Assembly (NCBI RefSeq): GCF_006345805.1
Contig: NC_043000.1
Span: 70,184,001-70,248,000 of the forward strand
DNA length: 64,000 nt
Source: Octopus sinensis
Taxonomy: Eukaryota
Reading direction: 5' to 3'
The position numbers and the translations under genes are program-made. Every line of letters begins with the position of its first letter. Positions within the stretch are counted from its first letter, which is position 1. Positions 25,347 through 38,529 of this stretch are shown here, one piece after another. The notes under the pieces are model-generated. The model saw nothing but the letters and a program-made list of their open reading frames with translations. It was not told where the DNA came from and made no database searches.

Positions 25347-25919
25347 TATATATATATATATATATAGTTATTTATTTCTATTAGTTTATTTATCTGTGTA
25401 TTTATTATGTTTTCAGGATCCTCTATCGTCATATGTTGTGGTGTGTGTTAGTGCTCCATTCTAGTTTTCTATTCAGGCTATGTTTATTTTCTATTATGTG
25501 TGTAGCTTCTGTAATTTGTCTAATTGTTGCATCTGATCTATGTGTGGATAATATTTTAATTTCTATGTTATTGATTGATCCCTCGTGTTCCCGTTCGGCG
25601 TGTTGGTACAGAATCGATGAGCTTTTACCTTCCTTGAGTTGTCTCCAATGCTCATTTACCCGCTCTCATAACAAACCTCTACATAAATTACTAAAGTATT
25701 ACAGCAGAAAAAACTTTTTAGAGTCTACTTCTTTTGGGACTTATGAACAACTGTCCGACATATATATATATATAATTACAGAAGCTACACACATAATAGA
25801 AAATAAACCTAGCCTGAATAGAAAACTAGAATGGAGCACTAACACACACCACAACATATGACGATAGAGGATCCTGAAAACATAATAAATACACAGATAG
25901 ATAAACTAATAGAAATAAA

Positions 25920-26000
<81 letters not shown>

Positions 26001-26050
26001 TTGTAAACTAACCCGCAGGTTGTAAATTACAGAGACACACATATGTCCTG

Positions 26051-26281
26051 GTAAATGAGCATTGGAGACAACTCAAGGAAGGTAAAAGCTCATCGATTCT
26101 GTACCAACACGCCGAACAGGAACACGGGGGATCAATCAATAACATAGAAATTAAAATATTATCCACACATAGATCAGATGCAACAATTAGACAAATTACA
26201 GAAGCTACACACATAATAGAAAATAAACATAGCCTGAATAGAAAACTAGAATGGAGCACTAACACACACCACAACATATGA
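26051..26281 (+). pseudogene. PLE GIY-YIG endonuclease C-terminal fragment (not in ORF track, no ATG)
   Basis: VNEHWRQLKEGKSSSILYQHAEQEHGGSINNIEIKILSTHRSDATIRQITEATHIIENKHSLNRKLEW: EH, H..H, RQI.EA..I and LN motifs. Confidence 0.7.
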
Positions 26282-26339
26282 CGATAGAGGATCCTGAAAA
26301 CATGATAAATACACAGATAAATAAACTAATAGAAATAAA

Positions 26340-26378
<39 letters not shown>

Positions 26379-26746
26379 TATATATATGTATGTATATATA
26401 TTTTTTTATAATTTTTTTTTATTTATATTTTTTTCGATTCGATTTATTATTATTATTATTACTAGTATTGTTGTTATATATACAAGCAAATGTAATGATA
26501 ATAATAAGTGGATCTAAACACATGAACAAAATAAGAATAAACAAAAACAACAAAAACAAAATACAAATTACATGAACATATATAAACAGAAGATACAAAT
26601 ATTACAGGCATCTCCCCACATACACACGCTAAATAAACATAAACGCACATAGAGATATAAGCATGCGCAAATGAAGACATACAATAGAAATACAAAATGG
26701 CTGACGGTTAGTAAGGAGAGACACAAATAAGAAAGAAGAAAACAAA

Positions 26747-26791
26747 GGACCACTGATGCGGTCACAGGAGTGTGACGAAAGAACTCTGGCC
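26747..26791 (+). ncRNA. Hammerhead-like motif (core CTGATGC), right arm, 470 bp 3' of the GIY-YIG stop
   Basis: GGACCA-CTGATGC-G-GTCACA ggag TGTGAC-GAAAG aa CTC-TGGCC. Confidence 0.4.
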
Positions 26792-27110
26792 GAAATAAGA
26801 TTGAGATTAATGTAAAAAATAAATAACACTGAAGCAAAATAACACCAAATATATAGTGCGTGTGTTTTTATTGGCTAAACTGGCAATATGACCATTCCTA
26901 AATATAACAATATCTGTTTCAACACACGATTTCACATAAAAAATCTTGCACAACAAATATTTAAACGTACTAACTATAATTATATATTATTCATATAATA
27001 TTATGGTTCCATTAGAGCGATTAAATCTATATAATTGACCGAAAAGAAGATGGACTGAACCAGGACCTATGTGTGTCTCTGTAATTTACAACCTGCGGGT
27101 TAATTTACAA

Positions 27111-27163
<53 letters not shown>

Positions 27164-27509
27164 GGACAGTTGTTCATAAGTTCCAAAAGAAGTAGACTCT
27201 AAAAAGTTTTTTCAGCTGTAATACTTTAGTAATTTATGTAGAGGTTTGTTATGGCCGAGCAGGAAGTTACAGTTGGTTTCATGTCTATTGTTGCTCCTAG
27301 CAATATACGCAGCTAATCTGACCTGCTGGTCGGAGGTACATGCACTTTTTACTAATAGAGGTAAGAATATAATATTGGTCGGTAATGTTGTGAATATAAC
27401 TTGAAACGAATTTTTTCGACGCATCAATGATGCAATATGATCATAAACTTTGTTATACAATAATAAACTTTATTATACAAATTTTCTGTGACTTTTACAT
27501 TTCTTCTTG

Positions 27510-27800
27510 TCGAGATGGACCTATTTCCCTTTGAATGGTTCCAGTTGTGACTGATAAGGGTCAGTTAATTTCTATTCACTACCCAGCAAGCGGGAGAAGT
27601 TCATATCTCCAACATGAATTTTCTTTCTTGAGAGCACCGACTAAAAATTTCAGTTTTTGAATTTAAGAAGGCCACCAGATTAAGCGAATATTTTCAGATT
27701 GTTTTTTCAAAACCTCGTTAACCATGACTGAATTCTTACTTCCATTTGTAGGGAAGTTATGTACCACTGGCCAGCAGGTCTGCTAAAAGCAATAACAGAC
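27510..27800 (-). pseudogene. Heavily decayed PLE GIY-YIG N-terminal part
   Basis: Broken frame KKENSCWRYEL...PLSV resembles SCVVYEL.C.CG..YIG.T.RPL. Confidence 0.3.
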
Positions 27801-28445
27801 GCGAAACCAATGGTAATTTTCTGACTAGCCATAACTAAGAATCATATATATATATATATATATATAAATCTGTGCATCTATACAAAGGATTAATTCACCC
27901 TCTCTGTAATGCTAATAAGCAGGAATTGAGACCCACCTCGTTGTAATTAACAATGGATAAATTTGTCTTCTGTGAGTATGTAATCCCTCATCATATCTAT
28001 GGAAATTCATATGGATTAGGTCACCTTCTCTGTGATGCTATCAAAACTTTTTTAAAATTCTGTGATAAGACTGTACATCATCTTTAAAGAACTTTAATGA
28101 ACTTTAGAAATCTGTTTAATTATCTACATTACTTCATGAGTATAGCCTCAAACACTAGGATGTCTAGAGAACTTACATGTATTTTAGCTGATGAGTACGG
28201 GACTCGTTTATATGCTGTAATCTTTGCAACTTTTAATAAAACCTGTCCTTGTATGAAACGATCGTACTAAAAACCTATCCATTCTTGTTGCTTCTTTCTC
28301 GCTTATAATCACCCCACATTACTGTATTGTTAAATCAGTATAGTTTTTTTTTTGGTGCATCTAAGTTAGGTACCATATTCAAGTAAATTCTTTTAAATTA
28401 ACTTGAATCTTTATTGCTCTTTGTATATATATATATATATATATA

Positions 28446-28854
28446 CTCTTTACTCTTTTACTCTTTTACTTGTTTCAGTCATTTGACTGCGGCCATGCTG
28501 GAGCACCGCCTTTAATCGAGCAACTCAACCCCGGGACTTATTCTTTTGTAAGCCCAGTACTTATTTTATCGGTCTCTTTTGCCGAACCGCTCAGTAACGG
28601 GGACATAAACACACCAGCATCGGTTGTCAAGCAATGCTAGGGGGACAAATACAGACACACAAACACACACACGCATATATATATACATATATACGACGGG
28701 CTTCTTTCAGTTTCCGTCTACCAAATCCACTCACAAGGCTTTGGTCGGCCCGAGGCTATAGTAGAAGACACTTGCCCAAGGTGCCACGCAGTGGGACTGA
28801 ACCCGGAACCATGTGGTTGGTAAACAAGCTACTTACCACACAGCCACTCCTGCG

Positions 28855-28856
<2 letters not shown>
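28446..28856 (-). mobile_element. SINE family A, full length, young
   Basis: Near-identical in organisation to 6945-7370. Confidence 0.9.
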
Positions 28857-28922
<66 letters not shown>

Positions 28923-28944
28923 ATATATTATATATATATATATA

Positions 28945-28985
<41 letters not shown>

Positions 28986-28999
28986 CTGTTTAGGCTTGC

Positions 29000-29330
29000 A
29001 ATATGGCCAGGTGGTTTAAAAAGGTCGTTTTGCAACCACGAGGTCCTGAATTCGATCTCAATGTGTGATATCCTTGGCAAATGTCGTTCTGTATACCCTC
29101 TGGCTGACCCAAAATTTGTGCGGGAAACTGGATAGTTGCAAACTGTCTAGAAGTCTGCCGGGCGGATTATATCTCTGATTCCGACATACATCCTTGTCGC
29201 ACAATGTATCACTCTAATTCTACCTGAGAATTACGTTTATACGGTAATTCTACATCAGCTAATTCAGTTGATCGAACAACTAACTATTATCTTCAGCGCC
29301 GAACAGAGATCCAGCACCATGTATAATGCA
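29000..29330 (+). mobile_element. Decayed tRNA-headed SINE
   Basis: TGGCCAGGTGGT A-box, GAATTCGATCTC B-box-like, CCTTGGCAAATGTC body. Confidence 0.5.
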
Positions 29331-29929
29331 GTAGAAATAGCCTATTCTGATCATTTCGGGGTGGAACTGTTCAGATAACTATATGCAACCGATTATATTA
29401 AGCACCGAGTATCACAAAATCTTGAACGAGTTTAGGAGTCACTAATGTTCATTACTGTAACCATTTGACAAAATTATTTGCCATTATAATAAGCTGTTTG
29501 CACTCCATATAACAGTGTCCGTTTGTTGTTTGTGACGGCTGCAAGAAACACTACTTTCAATTGATCAAGAATGTTTAATTAACCAAATTGTTGCTGTTAT
29601 TTGTGTGCATGTAAGCTTGTGTTTGTGTACGTGATAGAAAATATGCGTGTGTGCATGAGTGTGTGTGTGAGTGCGCATAATGTAGATTATATTGCCACGG
29701 TAAACTGGCTGACTTTTATATCACAAGCCAAAATGAAAGAATCTGAGTCAAAAGACGTCTTCATCTTGTTTTGCTGTCGCCACTTTCGTTGTTTATCGTT
29801 GTTATACACTTACTATCCCACAATGTCACCGTCACTGCCTTCTGCAATCTTTGTTGTATTTCTCCTCCATTTCTCTATCTTTCCTCTCTCTCGCTTTCTG
29901 TCCCTTCTCTCTCTCTCTCGCTTTCTGTC

Positions 29930-29965
<36 letters not shown>

Positions 29966-29968
29966 ATT

Positions 29969-30034
<66 letters not shown>

Positions 30035-30479
30035 CAGACAGATAGATCACGTCTACGGTAATTCAACTAATTATGAGTTCTCTTTACACACATACGCACA
30101 CTCACACACGCGCACACTCACACTCACACACACACGCTCACACACACATGTACGCTCACATACACATACTCCCAATTTATGGATAGAAAGACGATCAAAT
30201 ATTATTTTATAATTTCGTCTAGTTATTCCACGTACTGCAAAATATATTGATATTTTATAAACTTACGAAAATGTAATTTCTTATTTTAGTCCCACCGTTA
30301 TATGTCCCACATCCACAAAGGAGTGCTATCTTAGCTCTCTGTTGACTTTTGGCACAGTTTTATCAAGAGTCCTTCATTGTGTGGTTCGATGTAATCATCT
30401 CGTATCTCCAGATTCAGTACAGTATTCTGTTTGTCTTCCATTAGAATATTTCGTAATCTACAGAGTGGGGAAGCAAAAC

Positions 30480-31206
30480 TTGCATTAAAAGTTACACTAA
30501 TATTTCACGGCAACCACTACACAAAATGTTATGAAACCTAATGGAGTACAAAGAATACATTGTCAGCCAATAATAAATTCTTTTTTCTTTCTTTTCGCAG
30601 GAATATTGAAGAATGACTGCGCAGGAAGACAAACGCCAAAGTCGATCCGAAGAGGATCTCAAGCATAGTCGGAGTATCCTTGCACTCAGTTTATAACGCC
30701 AAGAAGAGAATGGGCATGAGTAATGGCATTCAGAGGAAGTCTAGCAGCGGTGGGGCCAACAAGAAACGGAATCATGACTTCATTAATATCCTCAAGTCCA
30801 AAATTTCATCGGACCCAACCGCATCCATGAAGAGGCTGGCTTCTAAACTTGAAGTGGACCCAAAACCATCAGAAAAGTTGTGAATGATGACTTGGGCCCC
30901 AAGCCCTACACCAGGACATCGAGACACCTGCTGACGAAACCTATGAAGGCCATGAGACTGGAAAGGTGCAGAAAGGTTCTCACATGCCTGATGAAGAACG
31001 GGTCCACTGTGAAAATTTTCTCTGACGAGATCTTCACAGAGTATGCCGTTGTGGACCGCAGAAACGACCAGTATATTGCGAATCAAAAGCTGACGTCAGT
31101 TTACCTTCAAAACCAAACATCCAGCCCAGGTCATGACCTTCGGTGTTGTGGCTTCCGACGGAAGAAAGATGCCCATTTACTTCTACAAGCCGTGTGGAGA
31201 CTGTAA
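30480..31206 (+). mobile_element. Tc1/mariner-superfamily transposase, frameshifted and 3'-truncated
   Basis: HTH region KISSDPTASMKRLASKL, then RHLLT...RLERCRKVL...KIFSDE (first catalytic D) and HPAQVMTFGVVASDGRKMP. Confidence 0.85.
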
Positions 31207-33209
31207 TTTCAAGCAATTAAATCCACATAGAATAAGCTATTCGTCTTGTAATTATTTGTGAATGTTGTTAACCTATTCTTGAACCACTAAACCTATTAAT
31301 GCGCGAGAGAGTTTCAAATGTTACAGTAATTTTGCAAGTTGTGCTTCCCCACCTTGTCGTTCTATTATTTTGATAAATGATTTCCATTAGACTCATATTT
31401 CTGTATCGTACGATTCAAGCATTGCGACTGTGAGGAACCTTTTTCTGTGGAAGATTCCAGCATCCTGCACGCCTTTGCTGCTCTCATTTTGTTCTCTCAT
31501 TCCGACGCTTCCCTCATTTCTATAGAGTCAATCTTCTCCCCTTCACTGCAAAGCAATCGGATAGAACTACTCTTCAAAGTTTCTGCCGGCACTTAGCCAG
31601 AGAAAAAGACTTTTCATGGCATCCTGCCTCGTTCGCCCCTGAAGAAAGCGATCTTGTTTCTTTCTACTTTTCTGGTTATCTGTGGTGTCGTAGATGCAGT
31701 AACAGCAATTATAGTTTTACTGTCTATCGTTATTGTTGTCTCCACTGTTGTCTTCTATTACCACCGCCTCTACGTTTTCGCTTTTCACATTCATCCAAGT
31801 AAAAATCCTTTAAGTAGCCTCCTCTAGAATACATGTATCGAGTTGGCCTTCTACCGTACTCTACTAGTTACTTGATCGATCTACTCTACTTCTACAGTGT
31901 ATTATCTCCTCAAATACTAGAAAGATATCCCATAATTATAATTTGAAGATATCTTTGCAAGCCTGAACATGCTGTTCAGTTTCACTGATGATCTAGTTTC
32001 ACTGATAATCCAACAACCTACATCGGTAGTAATATTTCTGATTGTCTCCCTTGATATTATCAGATCCTTATACACTAGTACCGTCCTATAGATAGATGCG
32101 TAGTGCATGACAGCTGTGCTTTCGGTCTAAAAAAAACATACAGGCATATGGCTGTATGTTTCCAAGCATACAGGCATATGGAAGCACCTTGATCAGTTGT
32201 GACAACTCTTTGAGGAAGCAACTTGACCAGCTGTGACAACTCCTCTTTTCAAAGCATATAGAAACTCCCTATTATTTCCGACACAAAGGAATGGTACTTT
32301 TGTCCTTGCTTTTCTTGACTAACTTGCTTCTGCAACGGAACACTTTCTTTCATGATACTTTTTACACACACCTTTTTTTTTTCATAAAGTTGACTTATGT
32401 TGTATCACCTTTTGACCCAAAATGCTAGAAAAAAGCGAACCACACTCCCAGAAGTCTAACTGCTCCATTGGTCTAGTGCCCCACAACGCTGTCCGCCAGC
32501 ATGGACCAGCGACTCAAGATGCCGGGCTAAATACACCCCGATCTGTTCGGATTGATTGTAGATCCGGTCAGTGTCTCGTATTCCTTAGAACAGTGTCGAC
32601 CGCATCAATTTCGGTGTCATCAGACAATTTCGTAATCCGCATATGGTGATACTTTCCTCCTAGATTTCAGTTCGAAAGACATGTTCGGCAACTATTTCGA
32701 CTTCCGCAGCAGTTGCGTGATAGCCTGCAAGTTCAGAAAAAGAGAAAGTGGGCACGCTTGATGGACCGAGAGTAATACGAAACGGCTCTGAGAGATGACT
32801 GCTTTCAGGAAAGTTTCCAAGTAGTAGACTCTAAAGAAAGTCTTGAACTGATTCACATCGCTCACCGCCCTACTGAATATTTCTATTCCTAACACTTTCT
32901 GTGATACATCACACGAGGTGGAGGTTGTTGCGATTAGACCTTTTCGGATCGCACATTTACTCTTACAAAACCAGACCACCCACGACAAACGTCAATCTTT
33001 TCGCTTACACCTAGATCAAAATTCATGTTCAGCACAGTTATTAGCCGAAAGTTTTCTACGACGTACCTTTATCGGTGTCCTCTCTCAGTAGCACTGCTAT
33101 TCCTGTACTTTAGCTATTATTGTTGGCTTTTCCCTGCACCTCGCGTCTTCTGCTGAGAGTTGCAGCGGGTGCCGAGGCACCACTACCATCTGACTCCATG
33201 ACCTGTTGC

Positions 33210-34745
33210 AAAAAAATGTACTAAATGCTGCTGGAAATCTGAATTAGACAAGTTTTAACAGCCAGTCCTCAGAGTTTTCCAAGTAGGTGTCTAGGCCAAT
33301 TGTGGCAATCTTCATTGTTAATTTTAGTTGAAAAAGTTCACGGCCACCCTCTTTTCTTGGCAGATAAAGTCGATCTATATCTGCCTTAGAGTGGTGCATT
33401 CTATGCATTGTCAACAGTTTTCGTATTTTTCTGTCAAGATTACATATTTCAGTAATTGACCAGTTAATGATACTGAAACTGTAAGTCACAACAGATATGG
33501 CTAAAGCATTGATCGCTTCGATCCTGTTTCTTGCTTTCAGGTCTGTCTTGAGTATTGCTCTCACCCTGCGATAACATTCTCCTCTGATCCTTTCCCTCAT
33601 CACTGAATGTTTGATTCTGTTCCCTTCAATTACTCCTAAGTATTTGTAGCTCTCCGCTGGTTCTAGCTCTTTTATGACATTCTGCTGGTCAAGGTTAACG
33701 TTAGATGTTTCTGTCATTTTACCTTTGATAAAGGTAGCTTTTGCACATTTATCGGGGTCAAATTGCATCCTGATGTTTAACAATCGCTAGTAAGCCCTTG
33801 AGTTTTTAGTCATTTTTTGCCAGGAGCTTTAAATCATCCATGTAAATGAGATGATTTATATTTTCATCAAACATTTTATAACCGTATTGTGCATCATTGA
33901 GCAATTTCGAGAGGTATTAAGGCTAGACAAAAGAGGAGTGGTGATAATGAGTCACCCTGGAAAATGCCACATTAAATTTTTACATCACCAGCATTTAGGG
34001 ATTCATTATCACTGTTCAAAGTCAGTGTGGTTCCCCATGATCTCATGCAGGCAAAAAGTTTCGCAGAGTAGGCGCTATTTTATACATTTCCAGACATTTC
34101 TTAATCCAGTTATGTGGTAGGCTATCCAAACCTCTTTTATAATATATCCAAGCTATTGACAAGTTTTTATGTCGTCTGTGACAATCTTCCAAGATCATCT
34201 TATTGATGAGTAGCTGATCTTTACAACCATAAGATCCACGTTTACAACCTTTTTGCTCATTAGTGAATATGCTACTTTCTATTAAGAAACTATATGTATA
34301 TTCAGTCAGGACAGATGTTAGCGTTTTATACATTGTTAAGTAGGTTGTGAGTTGATAATTTTTTGGTTCATTTGTTTCTTCATTTTTTGGAAGTATGAAT
34401 GTTAAACCATTAAATAACCCAGAGGGAATCGTACTAGGGTGTTGCAAAACATCGTTATAAAGTTTTGTTAGCAGTTCATGGCTCTCTTGGAAGGCATTCA
34501 ACCAGAAGTTAGGAATTTTATCCTTTCCTGGAGACTTCCATTTGCTTGACCTCCTGAGCACAGATCTTATATCTTCTACCTTGACACCCTCCCACTTTAG
34601 CTCCTCTAAGGAGTCCAAATCTGTAGATATTCTATCAATCCAAGGGGCATTTTCATTGTTTTTTTTCTTCTGCCCAAATTTTATTTCAAAATTCCTGCAC
34701 TTCTTCTTTTGATGGGACAGACGTTACTGTAACTGGTATTTCCCA
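33210..34745 (-). mobile_element. R4/Dong-like RLE LINE, RT region (copy C)
   Basis: SPGKDKIPNFWL...EQKGCKRGSYGCKDQLLINKMILED...LSIAWIYYK; MQFDPDKCAK...YKYLGV...AINALAISVVTYSF. Confidence 0.9.
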
Positions 34746-34762
34746 GGGTTATTTTTTAACAT

Positions 34763-34793
34763 GTTGTTATTGTTGTTGTTGTTATTGTTATTA

Positions 34794-34867
<74 letters not shown>

Positions 34868-34869
34868 TA
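34763..34869. repeat. (TTG)/(TTA)n tract
   Basis: Direct reading. Confidence 0.95.
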
Positions 34870-35005
34870 TTCCACCGAAGTTGACTTTGTCTTTCATCCT
34901 ATCGCGGTCGATAAATTAAGTACCAGTTTAGTACTGGGGTCAATGTAACCGACTTACCCCCTCCCCCAAACTTCCAGGCCTCCTGCCTATAGTAGAAAGG
35001 ATTAT
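34870..35005 (+). mobile_element. SINE family C, 3' part
   Basis: GTTGACTTTGTCTTTCATCC...GTCGATAAATTAAGTACCAGT. Confidence 0.75.
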
Positions 35006-35049
35006 TGTTATTGTTATTTTTATATACACTCAACAGATTAGACTGTTGG

Positions 35050-37540
35050 AAAAGAAAAAAAATCCTCACATCGGGCTACAACAAGTAACCTTAGATGCCA
35101 AGAACCCTTCTAAATATCCTACCTTTTCCTAATAACACTGTTTTCTGGAGCTGTACTAAACTGAGTTGTATGCCTAGTTCCTCTATCCATCTGTTCAAAT
35201 CTTTAGGGATAGTTCCCGATGCACCTATCCCCAATGCGATGCATTTTACTCGCACTTTCCATAATTCAGTAACCAGGTCCAGTAATTCAATAGCTAGGTC
35301 CTGGTACTTTGCTATTTTTTCTAGTACTTCACTAGGTTCATGTTCATACCATTTATCAGTTTGTTCAAATCCTAGCTTTCTACATAACTCCCAGTGGATC
35401 ACTCTCCCTGTATTGTCATTCTTGTATTCTTTCTGTGACAGCATGCTACATTCACTTACTATATGAGTAACACTTTCCTCTTTTGATTTGCATAATCTAC
35501 ATTGGGAATCTACTTGCTTTTGAACATTTTGGCTTTTATCTAATTAGTCTTTAATGCTCGATCTTGTGCTTCTACTAACAAACTTTCTGTTTCCGCTTCA
35601 GCTTTACTTTCTGCAACCATAACCATGTCTCACTACAACTATTTGCTGCAATTATATTTGGACATCTACCATGCAACGCCTTTCCCTGTCAGTCAGATAA
35701 TTTCTGTTCTTTTTTCTGGTTTTTAAGTTCGTTTGCGTTTTTGGTTTCTCTATGTCTTGCTGTGACTCTAGCAGCTTTTAATGAACTTCCTACGTAGGAG
35801 TCTATATCTACTCTAGCTAACTCCACTGATATTTCTAAGTAAATATAATCTTGCTACTCGTGCCCTTGGGTGGACTCCTCCATTCATATTGAATTCCTTC
35901 CTAGTTCTTCTGTCTAGTTTTGCTAATTTAGTTTTTGTCCAATCTATAAAAGCTGCTGAGAATCTAAGTAATGACACTGCCCAAGAATTTACAGCCTTCA
36001 CTAGATTCGGACAATTTAGCTTTGACTTCATTAGCTTCCTCACCTTTCTGATATATTCCTTCTCAATTTTCGTTTTCATTTCTGTATTTAGTACCGTGTT
36101 AGATTCTAGTACTCCTAGATACTTATACCTCTCTCCTATTTTCAGTGATTTTAATAGCTGGCCATCTAGTAATTGGATGACTTCACTGTTGACTATTTGT
36201 CCCCTTCTCCTGACTAATATTGTACACTTATCTATGCCAAATTCCATGCCTATATCATTGCTTAAGTGCCTTACAGTCTGTAGTAAGGAATCTATCTTTT
36301 TCGTTCTTACTAAAAAGCTTCAGATCATCCATGTAGTTAAGTTTTTCCCTTACTATTTCTGAACTGATCCCCTGACTTTGCCTTCCTTAATACTAAATTG
36401 AGGGTGATCAAACATAAGACAAATATTAAAGGAGACAATGAGTCCTGGAAAATTCCTCTTTTGATATTAACTTTCCCTGAAAGTGTGACACCTGAGTAGA
36501 GATCTACTTTCCATTCCTTCATGCTAAAACTAATATATTCTCTTATGTTGATTTATATATTGAATATACTCAAACATTCACTTATCCATGAGTATGGGAT
36601 TATGTCATAGGCTTTCATATAGTTTATCCATGCTATTGTTAGATTTTTCTTCCTTTTACTTCATTTAGAACTGCTTTGTCTATGTATAATAGATCGTTGG
36701 TTTCTCTAGCCTACTTCCTGCAACCTTTCTGTTCTTCTGGCAGTAAATTCTGGTTGTCAAGTTGCTTGTAAACGTTTTATGAAAGCATTCCAGCGAACAG
36801 CTTCTACACTAATGGTCAACGAGTGATTGATCTATAGTTGCTGGCTGTATTACCCTTGCTCTTATCTTTTATGATGAGTATTGTCATCCCTCTAGTCATC
36901 CATCTGGTATTGTTCTTCCATTAAGGCAATCTTGAAGTTGTTCCCTCGGCCTCCCGTGTAAACTACTAAATTTCTTTAACCAGGACCGTTGAACTAAATC
37001 TGGTCCTGGGCAATTCCAATTCGGCATTTTCCCTAACACTTTATTCATTAATGACCTAGTTAATCTTAGGTATGGCTGCTTCTCACTCACTACGTCTTCC
37101 CTCACTTTCTTTAACCATACTGCATCTCCATTATGATTGACTGCTTATCCCAAATATTAATCCAGAACTTTCTAGCTTCTTCTGCATTAAGTATCTCATA
37201 TTCAGTACTTTCTTCTCCTCTATTTATTTGGTTATAAAATCTCTTCTGGTCTGTCTCAAATAATCTATTTTGTTGACACTGATCTGTTCTTTTCTGATAT
37301 CTGGAAAGCTTACCTGCTACTGCTATGATACGCTGTTTCAACTCTTTTATGACTGTCCCAAATCCTTTCTTTTTCACTAAGTGTCTTTTCTCAAGAGAAT
37401 ATTTAAATCCTGTGTTTCCTAACTTGTTCACTTTCCAGTCTTCTATTTTACTCTGATCTTGTCTTAAAGTCTTCACTTTATTTTGTAATCTTTTCCACAT
37501 TTACTATTTTCTAATCTTTCTTCATGAAATATCAAATATT
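35050..37540 (-). mobile_element. R4/Dong-like RLE LINE (copy A), RT plus RLE with internal deletions
   Basis: KMPNWNCPGPDLVQ, RGIFQDSLSPLIF, MEFGIDKC...YKYLGV, KIAKYQDLAIEL...QKTVLLG..RIFRRVL. Confidence 0.9.
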
Positions 37541-37544
37541 CTAG

Positions 37545-37562
37545 TAATTATTATTATTATTA

Positions 37563-37600
<38 letters not shown>

Positions 37601-37627
37601 TATTATTATTATTATTATTATTATTAT
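37545..37627. repeat. (TTA)n tract, the (TAA)n tail of copy B
   Basis: Direct reading; abuts the 3' end of copy B and the 5' end of copy A. Confidence 0.95.
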
Positions 37628-37629
37628 CA

Positions 37630-38510
37630 GTTCGTAACACAGATAGGTAAGAATGCACCGGAGTCTTTAATCATCTGTCAAGTCACAACAAGGATTTCAG
37701 ACAGATAATACTTAAGATGTGCGCTGTGACCAATAAGGCTGCTTTTTGCAAAACATCAATCTTGCACGGGATTTCCAGATGCCTTAAGAAGTCTTGAAGT
37801 TTCAATGGGACTGACCTCAACGCTCCGATCACCACTGGTATCACTTTTACATTGCCCTTTCGCATTCCATACAGCCTTGACATTTCCACTCTCAATTTGG
37901 AGTACTTAGTGATTTTTTCACCCTCTTTACTCACAACATTCATGCCATTTGATTTGGCTGACAGTATTTGTCTCTTTTATTCAATATGACAATATCCGGC
38001 TAACAGTATTCGATTATACGATCCGTCTGAAAATCATAGTCCTAGAGTATCGCTACTTTTCCATCGTGATGGCGCTTGTATTCTTTTTGTTCAAGGCTCT
38101 GACATCCACTTACCAAGTGGGTCACATTATCTACACTCTTTCCACAGAGTCTGTATTTCTGAGTGTCAGATGTTTTATAGATGTTATACTTCACTGAATT
38201 GGTAGCGAGAGTCTGGTCTTGTGCAGTAATGATCAGGCTTTCGGTGGTACGCTTCAAATCCCCTCGCTCAAGCCATGCCCACGATGCTGTATTGTCCTTA
38301 ACATCTTGTGTATTCCTTTCAAACTGTCCATGCATTCTCATTTCAAGGTCTTCTTTTCTCTTCTCCACAGCTCTTTGGTTAAACTCTTCCTTGCCCATCA
38401 TTTCATCTGCATTTATACCCATATCTTTCGCGGCATATTGCATCACTATTTATCACATAATCGACAAGCGGTCTCCTTTCACTCCTTATACAATGTCTAT
38501 ACTAATTAGT
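37630..38510 (-). mobile_element. R4/Dong-like RLE LINE 3' end (copy B)
   Basis: AQDQTLATN...RLCGKSVDNVTHLVSGC...YKRHHD, PDIVILNK, KITKYSKL...VIPVVIGAL...LQKAALL. Confidence 0.9.
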
Positions 38511-38529
38511 CCTCTGCTGTGTAAATGTT

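Larger units (their letters stand above)
24754..26910. mobile_element. Penelope-like 3' end present as a ~0.9-kb inverted duplication with further rearranged segments
   Basis: 24754-25660 is the reverse complement of 26050-26910; 25775-25925 duplicates 26195-26345; 27060-27252 inverts 25662-25770 plus 25997-26050. Confidence 0.9.

Noticed and set aside
28180-28225. CTGATGAG-T...ACTC hairpin as a hammerhead
   Set aside because: Followed by GTTT rather than GAAA; no stems I or III
31930-32110. Possible LINE APE N-terminus on minus strand (IYRT...IISETR)
   Set aside because: Only two short motifs in broken frames
32595-32625. Minus-strand CTGATGA-CACC-GAAA
   Set aside because: No stem I, G at the cleavage position, and it lies in probable coding remnant
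32440-32990. Possible BEL/Pao gag zinc-knuckle remnant on minus strand (NCCGSRNSCRTC...KYHH)
   Set aside because: Too fragmented to support without a profile search
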